Assembly: GCA_016931155.1 (NCBI GenBank)
Contig: JAFGFJ010000006.1
Span: 314,896 to 378,895, forward strand
Length of the DNA: 64,000 nt
Direction: 5' to 3'
From: Candidatus Dojkabacteria bacterium
Lineage (GTDB): Bacteria; Patescibacteriota; Dojkabacteria; B142; JAFGFJ01
Shown: positions 8,085-18,554 of the stretch, piece after piece
Numbering within the stretch: position 1 is the stretch's first letter
Layout: each line of letters starts with the position of its first letter
The notes under the pieces: generated by a model
Told to the model about the DNA's origin: nothing
Database searches by the model: none
Seen by the model: the letters and a program-made list of their open reading frames with translations, nothing else
Program-made: the position numbers and the translations under genes

Positions 8085-8609
8085 ATGAAAGCTTTGAAAT
8101 TAGTGCCCTATTTGGTACTTGTTTCTCTCATATCAGTAGGAGTGTACTTACTGATAGGAATAACAAATCAGGAGAAATTGCAAAGTTATTCTGACTTTAT
8201 TGAAACAAGTAGTGGCAAAGTACTTGAAGGGATAAACAAACAGAGTGAACAGATAAACAGAATTGGAAATATTTCGGATATTGAAGAAGGAGTAATAACG
8301 GATAATGAGGATATTTCAAGTAAGTTTAAGACTTTACTTGAAGCAGAAAAAAAAGCCTGGCAGGAATTAAAAAAGCCTGAAGGGTCTAAGGAAACTCAGA
8401 AACAAATGGAAGAGTTTTTTAAGGGTGCAGAAGAAAGCAATAAGCAGTTTGATGAGGCAATGATGGAAATAAAAATACTGAAAAAAGAAGATGAGCTTCT
8501 AAGTACAATTAAGGGCTACAATGAGAAAGTAACAAAATTTGCAGAAACATACGAAGAGCTTATTGAAAACTTAAATAATTATATTGATGAAAGTAACTTT
8601 ATACGATAA
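8085..8609 (+). CDS. Hypothetical N-terminally membrane-anchored helical protein inserted between rplC and rplD
   Basis: A 174-codon open frame in an AT-rich genome. One N-terminal TM helix (LVPYLVLVSLISVGVYLLIGI) followed by a K/E-rich helical region. It starts 2 nt after the rplC stop and overlaps the rplD start by 26 nt. No family recognised. Confidence 0.75.
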   Translation: MKALKLVPYLVLVSLISVGVYLLIGITNQEKLQSYSDFIETSSGKVLEGINKQSEQINRIGNISDIEEGVITDNEDISSKFKTLLEAEKKAWQELKKPEGSKETQKQMEEFFKGAEESNKQFDEAMMEIKILKKEDELLSTIKGYNEKVTKFAETYEELIENLNNYIDESNFIR

Positions 8610-9402
8610 AACAGGAAAAAAGACTGAGAAAAAGATTGAGCTTGACTCTGCGATTTTTGGGGCAAAGGTTAATAAAAAACTATTAAGCCAGGCTGTCTAT
8701 ATATATCTTTCAAATCAAAGGACAGCCAATCCCCAGACTAAAGACAGGGGTGAAGTTAGTGGTGGAGGAAGAAAGCCATGGAAGCAGAAAGGGACGGGAA
8801 GAGCCAGACACGGTTCAACAAGAAGTCCGATCTGGAGAGGAGGAGGAGTTACTTTTGGTCCCACAAATCAAAAGAATTATAAAAAGACTATGCTTAAGAA
8901 AATGAAAAGAGCGGCAATTAGGTCAGCTTTTAGTTATCAGACTGAAGAGAAAAAAGTGTTGGTAATGGAAAAACCCGATTTCAAAGAAGGAGCACTTACA
9001 AAACAAGTCTTGAAAATTTTAAATAATTTGAGAATTGATAAGAAAGTGTTGTTTGTTCAGGGAGATATTGACCAAAACTTTGTTAAAGCAGTGAGTAATC
9101 TCAAAACTGTTTTGGTAAAACCGGTAAACGAACTTAACACTTATTCAGTATTAAATACACAATGGCTGATTTTTACAGATGAAAGTTTGGGAAAGGTTAG
9201 CGAGTTTTGGGGAGCAGAAAAAGGAAAAACTTTAAATACAGAGAAAGGGGAAGAGAAGAAGCTCAGCTCTGTTCAAAGAGATTTAGTAAAAAAGGAAACA
9301 AAAAGAGTCAAGGATGAGAGTGAGAAAAAGCCTTTGAAAAAGGTTGCAAAAAAATCGACTATAAAGAAAGTTAAAATAATAAAATCAAAAACAAAGAAAT
9401 AA
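8584..9402 (+). CDS. rplD: 50S ribosomal protein L4 with a Lys-rich C-terminal extension
   Basis: GGGRKPWKQKGTGRARHGSTRSPIWRGGG motif. About 70 extra K/E-rich residues at the C-terminus. Confidence 0.95.
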   Translation: MMKVTLYDKTGKKTEKKIELDSAIFGAKVNKKLLSQAVYIYLSNQRTANPQTKDRGEVSGGGRKPWKQKGTGRARHGSTRSPIWRGGGVTFGPTNQKNYKKTMLKKMKRAAIRSAFSYQTEEKKVLVMEKPDFKEGALTKQVLKILNNLRIDKKVLFVQGDIDQNFVKAVSNLKTVLVKPVNELNTYSVLNTQWLIFTDESLGKVSEFWGAEKGKTLNTEKGEEKKLSSVQRDLVKKETKRVKDESEKKPLKKVAKKSTIKKVKIIKSKTKK

Positions 9403-9704
9403 TGAATAAGGTCGAGGCAAGCAAAATTATAATAAGACCAGTCGTTACGGAGAAGACGCTGGATCTTGTCGAAAAAGAAAATCAATATACTTTTGTTATT
9501 GGTAAAAGATTCAACAAGATTGAAGTTCAAAAAGCGGTTGCTCTCCTATTTAATGTGAAGGTATTAGGGGTAAGAATACTGAATGTTCTTGGAAAGAAAA
9601 CAAGATTTGGGAAAAGCAGGATTGAGGGAAAGAGACAGGGAATGAAGAAAGCTATAGTCACCTTGAAAGTAGGTGATAAGATCAGTGCATTTGAAATTAA
9701 ATAA
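9402..9704 (+). CDS. rplW: 50S ribosomal protein L23
   Basis: IIRPVVTEKT...YTFVI...KKAIVTL pattern, in operon position. Confidence 0.93.
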   Translation: MNKVEASKIIIRPVVTEKTLDLVEKENQYTFVIGKRFNKIEVQKAVALLFNVKVLGVRILNVLGKKTRFGKSRIEGKRQGMKKAIVTLKVGDKISAFEIK

Positions 9705-9731
9705 TATAATTAGACATTTGATGTTTTTATT

Positions 9732-10595
9732 ATGGCATTAAAGTTTAGAAAACCAGTGACACCAGGACAAAGGCATACAGCTCTTGTTGATACCAGCTGG
9801 TTGACAAAGAAAGAACCTGAAAAAAGCTTGACTGTTGCATTAAAATATAAAACCAGGAATTCGAGTGGGAGGCTTACGGTAAGACATAGGGGGGGGAGAG
9901 TAAAGAGGCTATACAGAATTATTGATTTCAAGAGGAGAAAAGAGGGTATGAAGGCTGAGGTCGTTGCTGTTGAATATGATCCAAACAGAAGTGCCAACAT
10001 CTTGCTTCTCAAGTATGAAGATGGAGCAAAAACCTATATACTTGCACCTGATGGTATTAAGACAGGTGATAAGTTGGAGTCGGGTGAAAATGCTCCAATC
10101 AAGGTTGGAAATGCATTGCCTTTAAAAAAGATTCCTTCGGGAAGTTATGTTCATAGTGTAGAGCTGAAAAGAGGAGAAGGTGCAGTTCTTGGAAGAGCAG
10201 CAGGAGCAGCCATTCAACTGCAAGGATTCAATAAAGGATATGCTCAACTCAAGATGCCAAGTGGAGAAATAAGGCTTGTAAGGGATGTAAATTTTGCGAC
10301 AATCGGAAATGTTGGGAATACAGAGCATAGTGGAGTGAGTTTGGGGAAGGCAGGAAGGAAAAGAAAAATGGGAATAAAGCCAACGGTCAGGGGAGTTGCA
10401 ATGAGCTGGAAGCACCCTCATGGAGGAGGGCAGGGTAAAAGTGGAAGGCACGGTCCAGGGGGACCTGCAAAAGACAGGTGGGGGAATAAAATAGGGAAAA
10501 AGACCAGGGTTAATAAGACTACGAATAAGTATATAGTGAAAAGAAAGACATCTAAAAGAGTAAAGAAAGTTAAAACATATAAAACAATAGTTTAA
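9732..10595 (+). CDS. rplB: 50S ribosomal protein L2
   Basis: VRGVAMSWKHPHGGGQGKS motif, 287 aa. Confidence 0.97.
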   Translation: MALKFRKPVTPGQRHTALVDTSWLTKKEPEKSLTVALKYKTRNSSGRLTVRHRGGRVKRLYRIIDFKRRKEGMKAEVVAVEYDPNRSANILLLKYEDGAKTYILAPDGIKTGDKLESGENAPIKVGNALPLKKIPSGSYVHSVELKRGEGAVLGRAAGAAIQLQGFNKGYAQLKMPSGEIRLVRDVNFATIGNVGNTEHSGVSLGKAGRKRKMGIKPTVRGVAMSWKHPHGGGQGKSGRHGPGGPAKDRWGNKIGKKTRVNKTTNKYIVKRKTSKRVKKVKTYKTIV

Positions 10596-10606
10596 TAATA
10601 TAGATC

Positions 10607-10912
10607 ATGAGTAGATCATCGAAAAAGGGACCATATATTGACGAAAGGCTTTTAGAGAAAATTAAAAGAGCCAGAGATACTGGTGATAAGAAACCAATCA
10701 AGACATGGGCAAGATCTTCCAGTATTTCACCCGAGATGGTTGGAATTAATTTTGAGGTACACAATGGAAAAGAATTTGTTAAGGTGTTTGCAACTGAGTC
10801 AATGGTTGGGCATAAATTAGGAGAATTTTCACTAACCAGGAAGTTCACTGGTCATAGTAAGAAAGGTAAGATTGCTAAGGCAACAGGAACAGCTGGAAGA
10901 GTTGAGACATAA
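10607..10912 (+). CDS. rpsS: 30S ribosomal protein S19
   Basis: [11 protein letters not shown]...[11 protein letters not shown]...[15 protein letters not shown]. Confidence 0.96.
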   Translation: MSRSSKKGPYIDERLLEKIKRARDTGDKKPIKTWARSSSISPEMVGINFEVHNGKEFVKVFATESMVGHKLGEFSLTRKFTGHSKKGKIAKATGTAGRVET

Positions 10913-10916
10913 AAAT

Positions 10917-11402
10917 ATGGAAAAAGAATTGGTGTGTGCAAAAAACAGATATGTTGGGAATGCCCCTAGAAAGGTGAGGCTGGTAGCGGGTTTGGTTCGT
11001 GGGAAAAATGCACTTGAGGCTATTGAAATGCTTAAATTTGTTAATAAAGCTGCTTCTCTCCCTGTTAAGAAGGTGTTGAATTCGGCGATTGCCAATGCAA
11101 CCTTCAATAAAGGATGGGACAAGAAACAGCTAAAGGTATCAAAAATTACTGTTGATGAAGCTCCTTCTTTCAAAAGAGGAAGAGCAGTTTCAAGAGGAAG
11201 ATATAGAAGAATCTTAAAAAGGAACAGTCACATAACTGTTGTTTTGGAGCAGATTTCTGAAGAGAAAAACACTGAAACAGAAAAAGGCGAAGTAAAGAGG
11301 TCTGAAGTAGGAAAAGTTGAGATGAACAATGATAAAGATAGAAAAATAGATAAGAGTAAAATTAAAACAACTAAATCTGTTAATAAAAAAAATGGGAAAT
11401 AA
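10917..11402 (+). CDS. rplV: 50S ribosomal protein L22 with a K/E-rich C-terminal extension
   Basis: APRKVRLVAGLVRGKNALEAIEML motif. The ATG at 10917, just after the rpsS stop, is preferred over the track start at 10872, which overlaps rpsS. Confidence 0.93.
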   Translation: MEKELVCAKNRYVGNAPRKVRLVAGLVRGKNALEAIEMLKFVNKAASLPVKKVLNSAIANATFNKGWDKKQLKVSKITVDEAPSFKRGRAVSRGRYRRILKRNSHITVVLEQISEEKNTETEKGEVKRSEVGKVEMNNDKDRKIDKSKIKTTKSVNKKNGK

Positions 11403-12042
11403 GACAAATCCGACAAGTATGAGAGTGGGAGTAAATCAAAACTGGAAGTCAGTTTGGTACTCCTCGAAGTCAGACTATGCAAAAATGATGCACGAGGACT
11501 TAATGATAAATGAGATTATTAGGAAAAAACTCAAACCGGCTGGAGTTGACGAAATAAGGATAAAAAGATCTATGAACAAGGTGTTGATTGAAATAACTGT
11601 GGCAAGGCCTGGAGTTGTTATCGGAAGAGGAGGAGCAGGTATTGAAGATCTTAAAAAGGAGTTAAAGAAGAAAATAAAGGGAGATGTCGAACCGAAAATA
11701 TTAGAAGTGAAAAAGAATGATGTTTCAGCGAACCTGATAGCAGAAAATATTGGCAATCAGCTCGAAAGAAGAATTGTTCCGAAATATGCTGCTGAAAGAG
11801 AAGTTGAAAATGCACGAAGCGCCAGTGGAGTAAAAGGCGTCAAAATTTGGATTTCGGGAAGGATTAAAGGAGCAGAGATAGCAAGAACAGAGAAGTTCCA
11901 GTGGGGGAGGATTCCTCTTCAAACACTTAGGGCAGATATTGATTACTCTTATAAATCTGTCCAGGTTCCAAATGCTGGTAAGCAGGGAATTAAAGTGTGG
12001 GTCTATAAAGGTGACAAAAACGAAATTGAATATGACGAATAA
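11392..12042 (+). CDS. rpsC: 30S ribosomal protein S3
   Basis: [13 protein letters not shown]..., a KH region, and [13 protein letters not shown]. Confidence 0.96.
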   Translation: MGNKTNPTSMRVGVNQNWKSVWYSSKSDYAKMMHEDLMINEIIRKKLKPAGVDEIRIKRSMNKVLIEITVARPGVVIGRGGAGIEDLKKELKKKIKGDVEPKILEVKKNDVSANLIAENIGNQLERRIVPKYAAEREVENARSASGVKGVKIWISGRIKGAEIARTEKFQWGRIPLQTLRADIDYSYKSVQVPNAGKQGIKVWVYKGDKNEIEYDE

Positions 12043-12464
12043 TGTTGCAGCCTAAAAAAACAAAATATAGAAAACAGTTCAGAGGAAAGAGAGGGGGTAC
12101 GGTAGTAAAAAAAGGTGCTTTTATTACTATGGGTGATTATGCACTTCAGGCTATTGAGAGATCCTGGATAACAGAAAGGCAGATTGAATCTGCTAGAAAG
12201 GCAATTGTTAGGGAAACGAAAAGAAAAGGTAAGTTGTGGCTAAAGATCTTCCCAGACAAACCTTACACAGGAAAACCGGCGGAAACCAGAATGGGAAAGG
12301 GTAAGGGGGACGTTGTTGGATATGTCTCAGTAGTTAAGCCAGGCAGGGTACTGTTTGAGCTGGGTGGGGTTACTGAAGAAACTGCAAGAGAAGCGTTTAG
12401 GGTAGCTGGTCATAAGTTACCTATTAAGACTCAGTTTGTAACCAGAATACAACAAACAAGATAA
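12042..12464 (+). CDS. rplP: 50S ribosomal protein L16
   Basis: [19 protein letters not shown]...RMGKGKG. Confidence 0.97.
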   Translation: MLQPKKTKYRKQFRGKRGGTVVKKGAFITMGDYALQAIERSWITERQIESARKAIVRETKRKGKLWLKIFPDKPYTGKPAETRMGKGKGDVVGYVSVVKPGRVLFELGGVTEETAREAFRVAGHKLPIKTQFVTRIQQTR

Positions 12465-12465
12465 A

Positions 12466-12753
12466 ATGAAACCAAACGAACTTAGAAAATTTAGTAAAAA
12501 GGAGCTTGAGGAAAGGTTGGTTAAAAAAGCTGAAGAATTAGAGAGCAAGAAGTTTGAAGTCAGGATGAAAAAAGATAATGATTATGCAAGCTTGAAATTT
12601 TTGAAAAAAGAATTGGCAAGAATAAATACAATTATAAAGGCAGGTTCGTTTGCCATTGATGATATAAAGGATAAGGTGGAAAAGAAGACTGTGAAGAAAG
12701 AAACGAAGAAAAAAAACAGTATTGTGAGGAAGGATAAAGAACCTGATAAGTAA
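12466..12753 (+). CDS. rpmC: 50S ribosomal protein L29 with a K-rich tail
   Basis: ELRKFSKKELEERL helical hairpin pattern, positioned between rplP and rpsQ. Confidence 0.88.
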   Translation: MKPNELRKFSKKELEERLVKKAEELESKKFEVRMKKDNDYASLKFLKKELARINTIIKAGSFAIDDIKDKVEKKTVKKETKKKNSIVRKDKEPDK

Positions 12754-12782
12754 TCAGTAAATAAATATTTTTAATATAAGAA

Positions 12783-13094
12783 ATGGCAACAAAAGCAGAA
12801 AAAATAACAAAGAAGTTAAAAACAAAGAGAGTTGAGAAATCTCAGCAGAAGATAGCAAGAATAAAAACAGGAATAGTAGTAGGCAATAAGGCACAAAAGA
12901 CCTTGAGAGTGAGGGTTGAAAGGAAATTCTCTCACCCTTTGTATACGAAGATTGTAAAGAGGCACAAAAATTATCTTGTTCACAGTAATGAGCAGGTTGA
13001 GGTTGGTAAAATAATAAGATTCAAAGAGGTTAAGCCCATCTCAAAAGCAAAGAAATGGGTACTAATTGATGTATTAGAAAAGAAACAAATATGA
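12783..13094 (+). CDS. rpsQ: 30S ribosomal protein S17
   Basis: [38 protein letters not shown]. Confidence 0.94.
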   Translation: MATKAEKITKKLKTKRVEKSQQKIARIKTGIVVGNKAQKTLRVRVERKFSHPLYTKIVKRHKNYLVHSNEQVEVGKIIRFKEVKPISKAKKWVLIDVLEKKQI

Positions 13095-13474
13095 TTCAAT
13101 CACTGACTAGACTAAAAGTTGCAGACAATAGTGGAGCCAAAGAAATAATGGTCATTCAAGTACAGGGCGGCAAAAAGGGTGGTGGCTATCAAAGGTTTGG
13201 TACAGTTGGAGAAATCGTGAGTGCTACTGTCAAAAAGGCACAGCCAAACAGTGGGGTGAGCAAAGGAGAGGTTGTACATGCGGTAATCATAAGGGTTGCA
13301 AAGGAAATAAAAAGAATAGATGGGTCTTATTTGAAGTTTGATGACAATGCAGCAGTTCTTATTGATAAAAAGAGTGGAGATCTTAAAGGTACAAGAATTT
13401 TTGGTCCAGTTGCAAGGGAGTTGAAAGAAAAAGGGTTTAATAAAATTGTTAGTTTAGCACCAGAAGTACTCTAA
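13091..13474 (+). CDS. rplN: 50S ribosomal protein L14
   Basis: [18 protein letters not shown]...[10 protein letters not shown]. Confidence 0.97.
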   Translation: MIQSLTRLKVADNSGAKEIMVIQVQGGKKGGGYQRFGTVGEIVSATVKKAQPNSGVSKGEVVHAVIIRVAKEIKRIDGSYLKFDDNAAVLIDKKSGDLKGTRIFGPVARELKEKGFNKIVSLAPEVL

Positions 13475-13785
13475 TGAAACTAAAAAAGGGAGATACAGTA
13501 AAGGTATTATCAGGTAAGTATCGAGGGAAAACGGGAGACATCCTGAAGATTTTTCTCGCAAAGAATACTGCGATTGTTGAGAAAGTGAATATAGTAAAAA
13601 AACATAAAAAGAAATCAGCTAATGAAAAAGAACCTGGCGGAATAATTGAAGTTGAGGCTCCGGTTCATATTTCGAACCTTATGCTTCAATGTAAAAATTG
13701 TTTGAAATTTACCAGGGTAGGATTTAGAAACGATGAAAAAGGAAAAAAAGTGAGATATTGCAAAAAATGCGATAAGACAATATAA
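13474..13785 (+). CDS. rplX: 50S ribosomal protein L24 (form containing CxxC...CxxC)
   Basis: KKGDTVKVLSGKYRGKTG KOW motif. The C-terminal half carries CKNC...CKKC. Confidence 0.94.
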   Translation: MKLKKGDTVKVLSGKYRGKTGDILKIFLAKNTAIVEKVNIVKKHKKKSANEKEPGGIIEVEAPVHISNLMLQCKNCLKFTRVGFRNDEKGKKVRYCKKCDKTI

Positions 13786-13791
13786 AAAATC

Positions 13792-14460
13792 ATGATAGAA
13801 CCAAGAAAGAAAAAAGAATTTAATGAAAAAATAAAAAAGGAACTAATGTCAATTCTTGGGATTGATAATGTGATGGCTGTTCCGATGCTAACAAAAATAG
13901 TGATAAATACCGGAATGGGAGAGGCAAAAGAAGATACGAAGCAGTATGAAGAGATGGCAAATGAATTGGCTGCGATTTCGGGGCAGAAACCGGTTATTAG
14001 TAAAGCAAAGAAGGCAATTTCAAATTTCAAGATTCGTGCTGGTAGTATTGTTGGATTGAGTGTTACCTTGAGAGGGAGGAGAATGTGGGAGTTTTTTGAT
14101 AAACTTGTCAGCATCACTCTTCCAAGAGTAAAGGACTTTCGGGGTCTTTCTCCGAAGTCTTTTGATGGTAGAGGGAACTATTCTCTTGGACTTAAAGAGC
14201 ATACGGTATTTATTGAAGTAGATACTAATAAAGTGACAAAACTTAGAGGTGTCCAGATAACACTTTGTACCAGTTCTGGTGATGATAAAAGAGCCTATGT
14301 CCTGCTTGAGAAACTCGGTATGCCTTTTATGAAAAATACGAAAAAACAGGAAGAGATGAAACAGGCAATAGATGCGGTTGAAGCGGGTCCTACTGTTGAC
14401 AAAGAGATCAGGGAAAGCAAGGAGGTTGAAGGTGTACAAGGAAATAATGATAATTTATAA
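13792..14460 (+). CDS. rplE: 50S ribosomal protein L5 with an acidic/K-rich C-terminal extension
   Basis: [20 protein letters not shown]...[12 protein letters not shown]...DGRGNYSLG. Confidence 0.96.
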   Translation: MIEPRKKKEFNEKIKKELMSILGIDNVMAVPMLTKIVINTGMGEAKEDTKQYEEMANELAAISGQKPVISKAKKAISNFKIRAGSIVGLSVTLRGRRMWEFFDKLVSITLPRVKDFRGLSPKSFDGRGNYSLGLKEHTVFIEVDTNKVTKLRGVQITLCTSSGDDKRAYVLLEKLGMPFMKNTKKQEEMKQAIDAVEAGPTVDKEIRESKEVEGVQGNNDNL

Positions 14461-14468
14461 AATTTATA

Positions 14469-14663
14469 ATGAGTACAGAAGCACAAGAAGCAAAATCAAG
14501 AAAATACAAAAGAAAAGCAAATAAGTCGGTAAAAGCATTCAATAGATGCAGGATTTGCGGGAGGAGAAGAGGATATATGAGGATGTTTGATCTTTGCAGG
14601 ATACATTTCAGGGAACTGGCTCAAAAAGGGCAATTGCCCGGAGTAACTAAAAGTACGTGGTAA
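14469..14663 (+). CDS. rpsN: 30S ribosomal protein S14, short type-Z form
   Basis: 64 aa with [10 protein letters not shown]...[10 protein letters not shown]...GVTKSTW. The metal motif reads CxxC...CxxH. Confidence 0.94.
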   Translation: MSTEAQEAKSRKYKRKANKSVKAFNRCRICGRRRGYMRMFDLCRIHFRELAQKGQLPGVTKSTW

Positions 14664-14687
14664 TTATTTATTATTAGCTGAGTTTAG

Positions 14688-15083
14688 ATGAACGACCCAA
14701 TAGCAGATTTACTAACAAGAATAAGGAATGCACAAATGAGGAAGTCAAAGGTGTTTGTAATGCCTTCTTCCAAGATGGTCGTTTCTATTGTCGATATTCT
14801 GAAGAAGGAGGGTTTTATTGAAGATTATAAAAATAATGAGAGTGGCGTGATTGCAGGAAAAGAGATAATAATAAATCTGAAATATAATGATGGTAAACCC
14901 TCAATTACAGGGCTTAAAAGAATATCAAAACCTGGGGTCAGAAGATATGTTGGATACAGAGATATTAGGAAAGTACTTGGTGGACTTGGTGTGTCTATTG
15001 TTTCTACTCCCAGGGGAGTAATGACAGGTGATTCTGCAAGGAAGGAAAGAGTTGGAGGAGAGATACTTTGTGAAATCTGGTAA
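14688..15083 (+). CDS. rpsH: 30S ribosomal protein S8
   Basis: MNDPIADLLTRIRNAQMRK... Confidence 0.96.
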   Translation: MNDPIADLLTRIRNAQMRKSKVFVMPSSKMVVSIVDILKKEGFIEDYKNNESGVIAGKEIIINLKYNDGKPSITGLKRISKPGVRRYVGYRDIRKVLGGLGVSIVSTPRGVMTGDSARKERVGGEILCEIW

Positions 15084-15094
15084 TCATTCAAATT

Positions 15095-15667
15095 ATGTCA
15101 AGAATAGGAAAAAACCCAATAACAATTACAGAAGGAGTGATTATTACTGTTGAGGACGGAGGAAAATTTGGTCATAAGGTTGTGAAAGTAAAAGGACCGA
15201 AAGGAGAGCTCAGTGAGGATATTAGAAAAGGGATAGATATTGAGTTGAGTGAAAGTGAGCTAAAGGTTATAAATAAAAAAGATGAGGATAAGTATAACAG
15301 GTCTTTGCATGGATTATACAGAACATTGATAAACAATATGGTAGAGGGAGTAACAGAGGGCTTCCAGAAAAAACTGGAGATTGTTGGTATTGGATATAAA
15401 GCTATACCAAAAGGTGAAGATCTCGAATTATACGTAGGTTTTAGTCATCCTATTTTGGTAAAAGCTCCAGAAGGGATTGCTCTTTCAGTTGAAGAAAATG
15501 TTAAAATCACTGTTTCAGGAATCAATAAAAGACTGGTAGGGGAAATTGCTGCAAGAATAAGAAAAGTGAAAAAACCTGAGCCATATAAAGGTAAAGGAAT
15601 TAGATATGAAGGGGAAGTGGTGAAAAGAAAGGTCGGAAAAGCAGCAGCTACAACAGAAGCAACATAA
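15095..15667 (+). CDS. rplF: 50S ribosomal protein L6
   Basis: MSRIGKNPITI...GIGYKA...PEPYKGKGIRYEGE. Confidence 0.96.
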   Translation: MSRIGKNPITITEGVIITVEDGGKFGHKVVKVKGPKGELSEDIRKGIDIELSESELKVINKKDEDKYNRSLHGLYRTLINNMVEGVTEGFQKKLEIVGIGYKAIPKGEDLELYVGFSHPILVKAPEGIALSVEENVKITVSGINKRLVGEIAARIRKVKKPEPYKGKGIRYEGEVVKRKVGKAAATTEAT

Positions 15668-15671
15668 TATT

Positions 15672-16013
15672 ATGAGCAGACAAAATTTAAGACTAAAAAG
15701 AAAAACAAGATCGAAGTATAAAATCAGAGGAACTGATTCCAGGCCAAGGCTTAGTGTCTTTAGATCAAATAAACATATTTGTGGTCAGTTAATTGATGAC
15801 GAAAATTCGAAAACCTTGGTTCAAGTTTCTGACATGAAGTTCAAAAATAAAGGTACGAAGACTGATCTTGCCTTTATCGTCGGAGAAAATATTGCGTCTG
15901 AAGCAAAGACAAAAAAGATTACAAAGATTGTTTTTGACAGGAGTGGGTATAAGTATCATGGAAGAGTTAGGGCTCTTGCTGAGGGAGCAAGAAAAGGTGG
16001 TCTTTTATTCTAA
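15672..16013 (+). CDS. rplR: 50S ribosomal protein L18
   Basis: RPRLSVFRSNKHICGQLIDD...FDRSGYKYHGRVRALAEGAR. Confidence 0.95.
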   Translation: MSRQNLRLKRKTRSKYKIRGTDSRPRLSVFRSNKHICGQLIDDENSKTLVQVSDMKFKNKGTKTDLAFIVGENIASEAKTKKITKIVFDRSGYKYHGRVRALAEGARKGGLLF

Positions 16014-16028
16014 TTTATATATTTATAA

Positions 16029-16616
16029 ATGGCAGAGGAACAAAAACAAAAAGCGAAAGTAGGTACAGTAGAACAGACTTCTCCCGGAGAAGTTAAGGAA
16101 AGGCTTGAACGTATAAAGGTGAGAAGAGTTCAGAGGAAATCTGATGCAAGAGGTAACAAGAGGGGAAGAGATAAAGACAGAGATGAGCTTGATACAAGAA
16201 TCATTAATATAAGGAGGGTAACAAGAGTATATAAAGGTGGGAAAAGGATGAGGCTGAGTGCCTTTGTTGTGGTTGGAGACAGAAAAGGTAGTATTGGACT
16301 GGGTGTGGGAAAAGGTTCTGATGTTAGATCCGCTGAGGCTAAGGCGATAAACTATGCAAGAAAACACATGGTAAAAATCAGTCTTAAAGGAAATACACTA
16401 CCTCATCAGATCATTGGGAAAAGCGGAGCGGCAGAAGTTTTTATGAAGCCTGCTGCCCCTGGAACTGGAGTTATTGCAGGCAGTGCTGCCAGGGCTGTTG
16501 TGGAAGTTGCAGGTGTTAAAGATATTCTTACTAAAGTGCTTGGATCTGATAACAGTATAAATAATGCATATGCGACACTTGATGGACTTACTAAACTTAG
16601 ACTCACTCGAAGCTAA
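16029..16616 (+). CDS. rpsE: 30S ribosomal protein S5 with a basic N-terminal extension
   Basis: RRVTRVYKGGKRMRLSAFVVVGDRKGSIGLGVGKG... motif. Confidence 0.96.
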   Translation: MAEEQKQKAKVGTVEQTSPGEVKERLERIKVRRVQRKSDARGNKRGRDKDRDELDTRIINIRRVTRVYKGGKRMRLSAFVVVGDRKGSIGLGVGKGSDVRSAEAKAINYARKHMVKISLKGNTLPHQIIGKSGAAEVFMKPAAPGTGVIAGSAARAVVEVAGVKDILTKVLGSDNSINNAYATLDGLTKLRLTRS

Positions 16617-17068
16617 TGCTTAACAATTTGATCTCGCCAAAAACAAAAAAGAAAAGCAAAATAATCGGAAGAGGTTACGGTTCCGGGGTTGGTGGTCATA
16701 CTGTTGGTAAAGGTCAGAAAGGTCAGAAGTCGAGGTCTGGGTATTCAAAACCTAGACCGGGTTTCGAGGGGGGGCAGATGCCTCTTTCAAGAAGACTTCC
16801 AAAACTTAGAGGTTTCAAGCGGGGGTATTTTAAGTCAAAGTCACACAATACTGTTCTCAATCTTTCTGATCTAGAAGGGCTTGGACTTACAAGGGTTTCT
16901 TTTGAATCCTTGAAAGAAAAGGGATTATTAGGTGGATTTTCAAAAAAACAGGAAGTAAAAATATTATCTGGGGGAAAAATAAGTAGAAAAGTGGAAATCG
17001 TTGGAATTAAAATTTCAAAAAAAGCCCAGGAAAAGGTAGAAAAGGCTGGGGGAAAAGTTACTGCTTAA
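16616..17068 (+). CDS. rplO: 50S ribosomal protein L15
   Basis: GRGYGSGVGGHTVGKGQKGQKSRSG. Its start overlaps the rpsE stop, so no rpmD (L30) lies between them. Confidence 0.95.
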   Translation: MLNNLISPKTKKKSKIIGRGYGSGVGGHTVGKGQKGQKSRSGYSKPRPGFEGGQMPLSRRLPKLRGFKRGYFKSKSHNTVLNLSDLEGLGLTRVSFESLKEKGLLGGFSKKQEVKILSGGKISRKVEIVGIKISKKAQEKVEKAGGKVTA

Positions 17069-17078
17069 TTTTTTAATA

Positions 17079-18551
17079 ATGCTGGAAACACAAAAAAAAA
17101 GCTCAGGAATGCCTGCAAGTATTTTTAGTCGCACAGTAAGAAAAGTCTCAGGAGAGACTAAGAAGAGTGGCATTTTTACTAAATTCCAAAGGACGTTTGC
17201 AAATAAAGATATAAGGAATCGTTTCCTTTTCACTATGTTGATGGTTTTGGTATTCAGATTATTGTCTGCTGTTCCACTTCCAGGAATTGACCCTGCAGTT
17301 TTTAAAGAATTTTTTCAAGGTACTCCTTTCAGTAATATCTTTACCATAGTTACTGGAGGAAGGCTTGATAATCCGTCTATTGTAGCAATTGGGCTGGCTT
17401 CTTATATTAATGCCTCAATTATGATTCAACTGTTTACAACTGTTATTCCCTCTCTTGAGGAAATGTCAAAAGAAGGGGAAAGAGGAAAGCAAAAATTGAA
17501 TCAGATAACCAGAGTATTGACTGTTCCACTGACAGTGCTGCAGTCCGTAGTGATTTATACTATTTTGAAAAACAGTGCTGGTATTTCAAATCTCGTCGCG
17601 GAGTCATCGGTTTTGGATGTAGTTACTATGATTACGACACTGACTGCCGGGACGATGCTCCTGATGTGGATATCTGAGATTATTTCAGAAAGTGGGATCG
17701 GAAATGGCTCGTCAATAATAATTTCCGCTGGTGTTCTTGCAGTTATCCCGAGTTTTATTTCACAGGATTTCCAAAGTGTTGAACTCAATTTTAAATTTCT
17801 TTTAGAAGGAAAACTTGAAGTTCTATGGAGCTCAAATATGCTTTTGATCTATGCGATAATTGTGGGGCTTGTTGTTTTACTATTAGGTATAGTTTTTATG
17901 TCGGAGGCAACAAGAAAACTATCTATCCAGTATGCAAGAAGAGTAAGGGGTGGTGTGGCGGGATTTCAAAATACTTTTCTTCCGATTAAGCTTAACCAGG
18001 CAGGGGTGATGCCTGTAATATTTGCATCATCAATACTCATTCTGCCGCAGATACTTTCTCAGTTTGTGGTCAGTTCCTTTGAATCGGGTAAGTTTTATGA
18101 TATTGCCAATGCAATAGGAAATTCCTTTCTTTCAGACTATGGATCATTTGGATACAATTTAACCTACTTCTTTGCAATTATTGGGTTTACTTTCTTTTAT
18201 ACTTTTGTTGTTCTAAACCCGAATGATACAGCGGACAACCTGAAGAAAAGTGGAGGCTTCATACCTGGGATTAGACCTGGGACTTCAACTGCCAGTTATA
18301 TTACGAAAGTTATGATCAGATTGACTATTGTCGGGGGTATTTTCCTCGGGGCAATAGCTCTTGCTCCTTCTCTTATTAATCAATTTGCGACTAATCAGTT
18401 CCTTGGAGAAGCTGCAAATTATGGGAGATCGACTCTTTTTTCCGGAATTGGGGGTACCAGTCTTTTGATTTTGGTAGGAGTAATACTTGATACAAAACGA
18501 AAGATTGAATCTATGGCAGTTACACGTAGCTACGAGCATTACAAAGACTAA
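17079..18551 (+). CDS. secY: Preprotein translocase subunit SecY
   Basis: 490 aa, roughly 10 TM segments, typical SecY blocks (SIVAIGLASYINASIMIQL, GIGNGSSIII), in operon position. Confidence 0.95.
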   Translation: MLETQKKSSGMPASIFSRTVRKVSGETKKSGIFTKFQRTFANKDIRNRFLFTMLMVLVFRLLSAVPLPGIDPAVFKEFFQGTPFSNIFTIVTGGRLDNPSIVAIGLASYINASIMIQLFTTVIPSLEEMSKEGERGKQKLNQITRVLTVPLTVLQSVVIYTILKNSAGISNLVAESSVLDVVTMITTLTAGTMLLMWISEIISESGIGNGSSIIISAGVLAVIPSFISQDFQSVELNFKFLLEGKLEVLWSSNMLLIYAIIVGLVVLLLGIVFMSEATRKLSIQYARRVRGGVAGFQNTFLPIKLNQAGVMPVIFASSILILPQILSQFVVSSFESGKFYDIANAIGNSFLSDYGSFGYNLTYFFAIIGFTFFYTFVVLNPNDTADNLKKSGGFIPGIRPGTSTASYITKVMIRLTIVGGIFLGAIALAPSLINQFATNQFLGEAANYGRSTLFSGIGGTSLLILVGVILDTKRKIESMAVTRSYEHYKD

Positions 18552-18554
18552 ATA

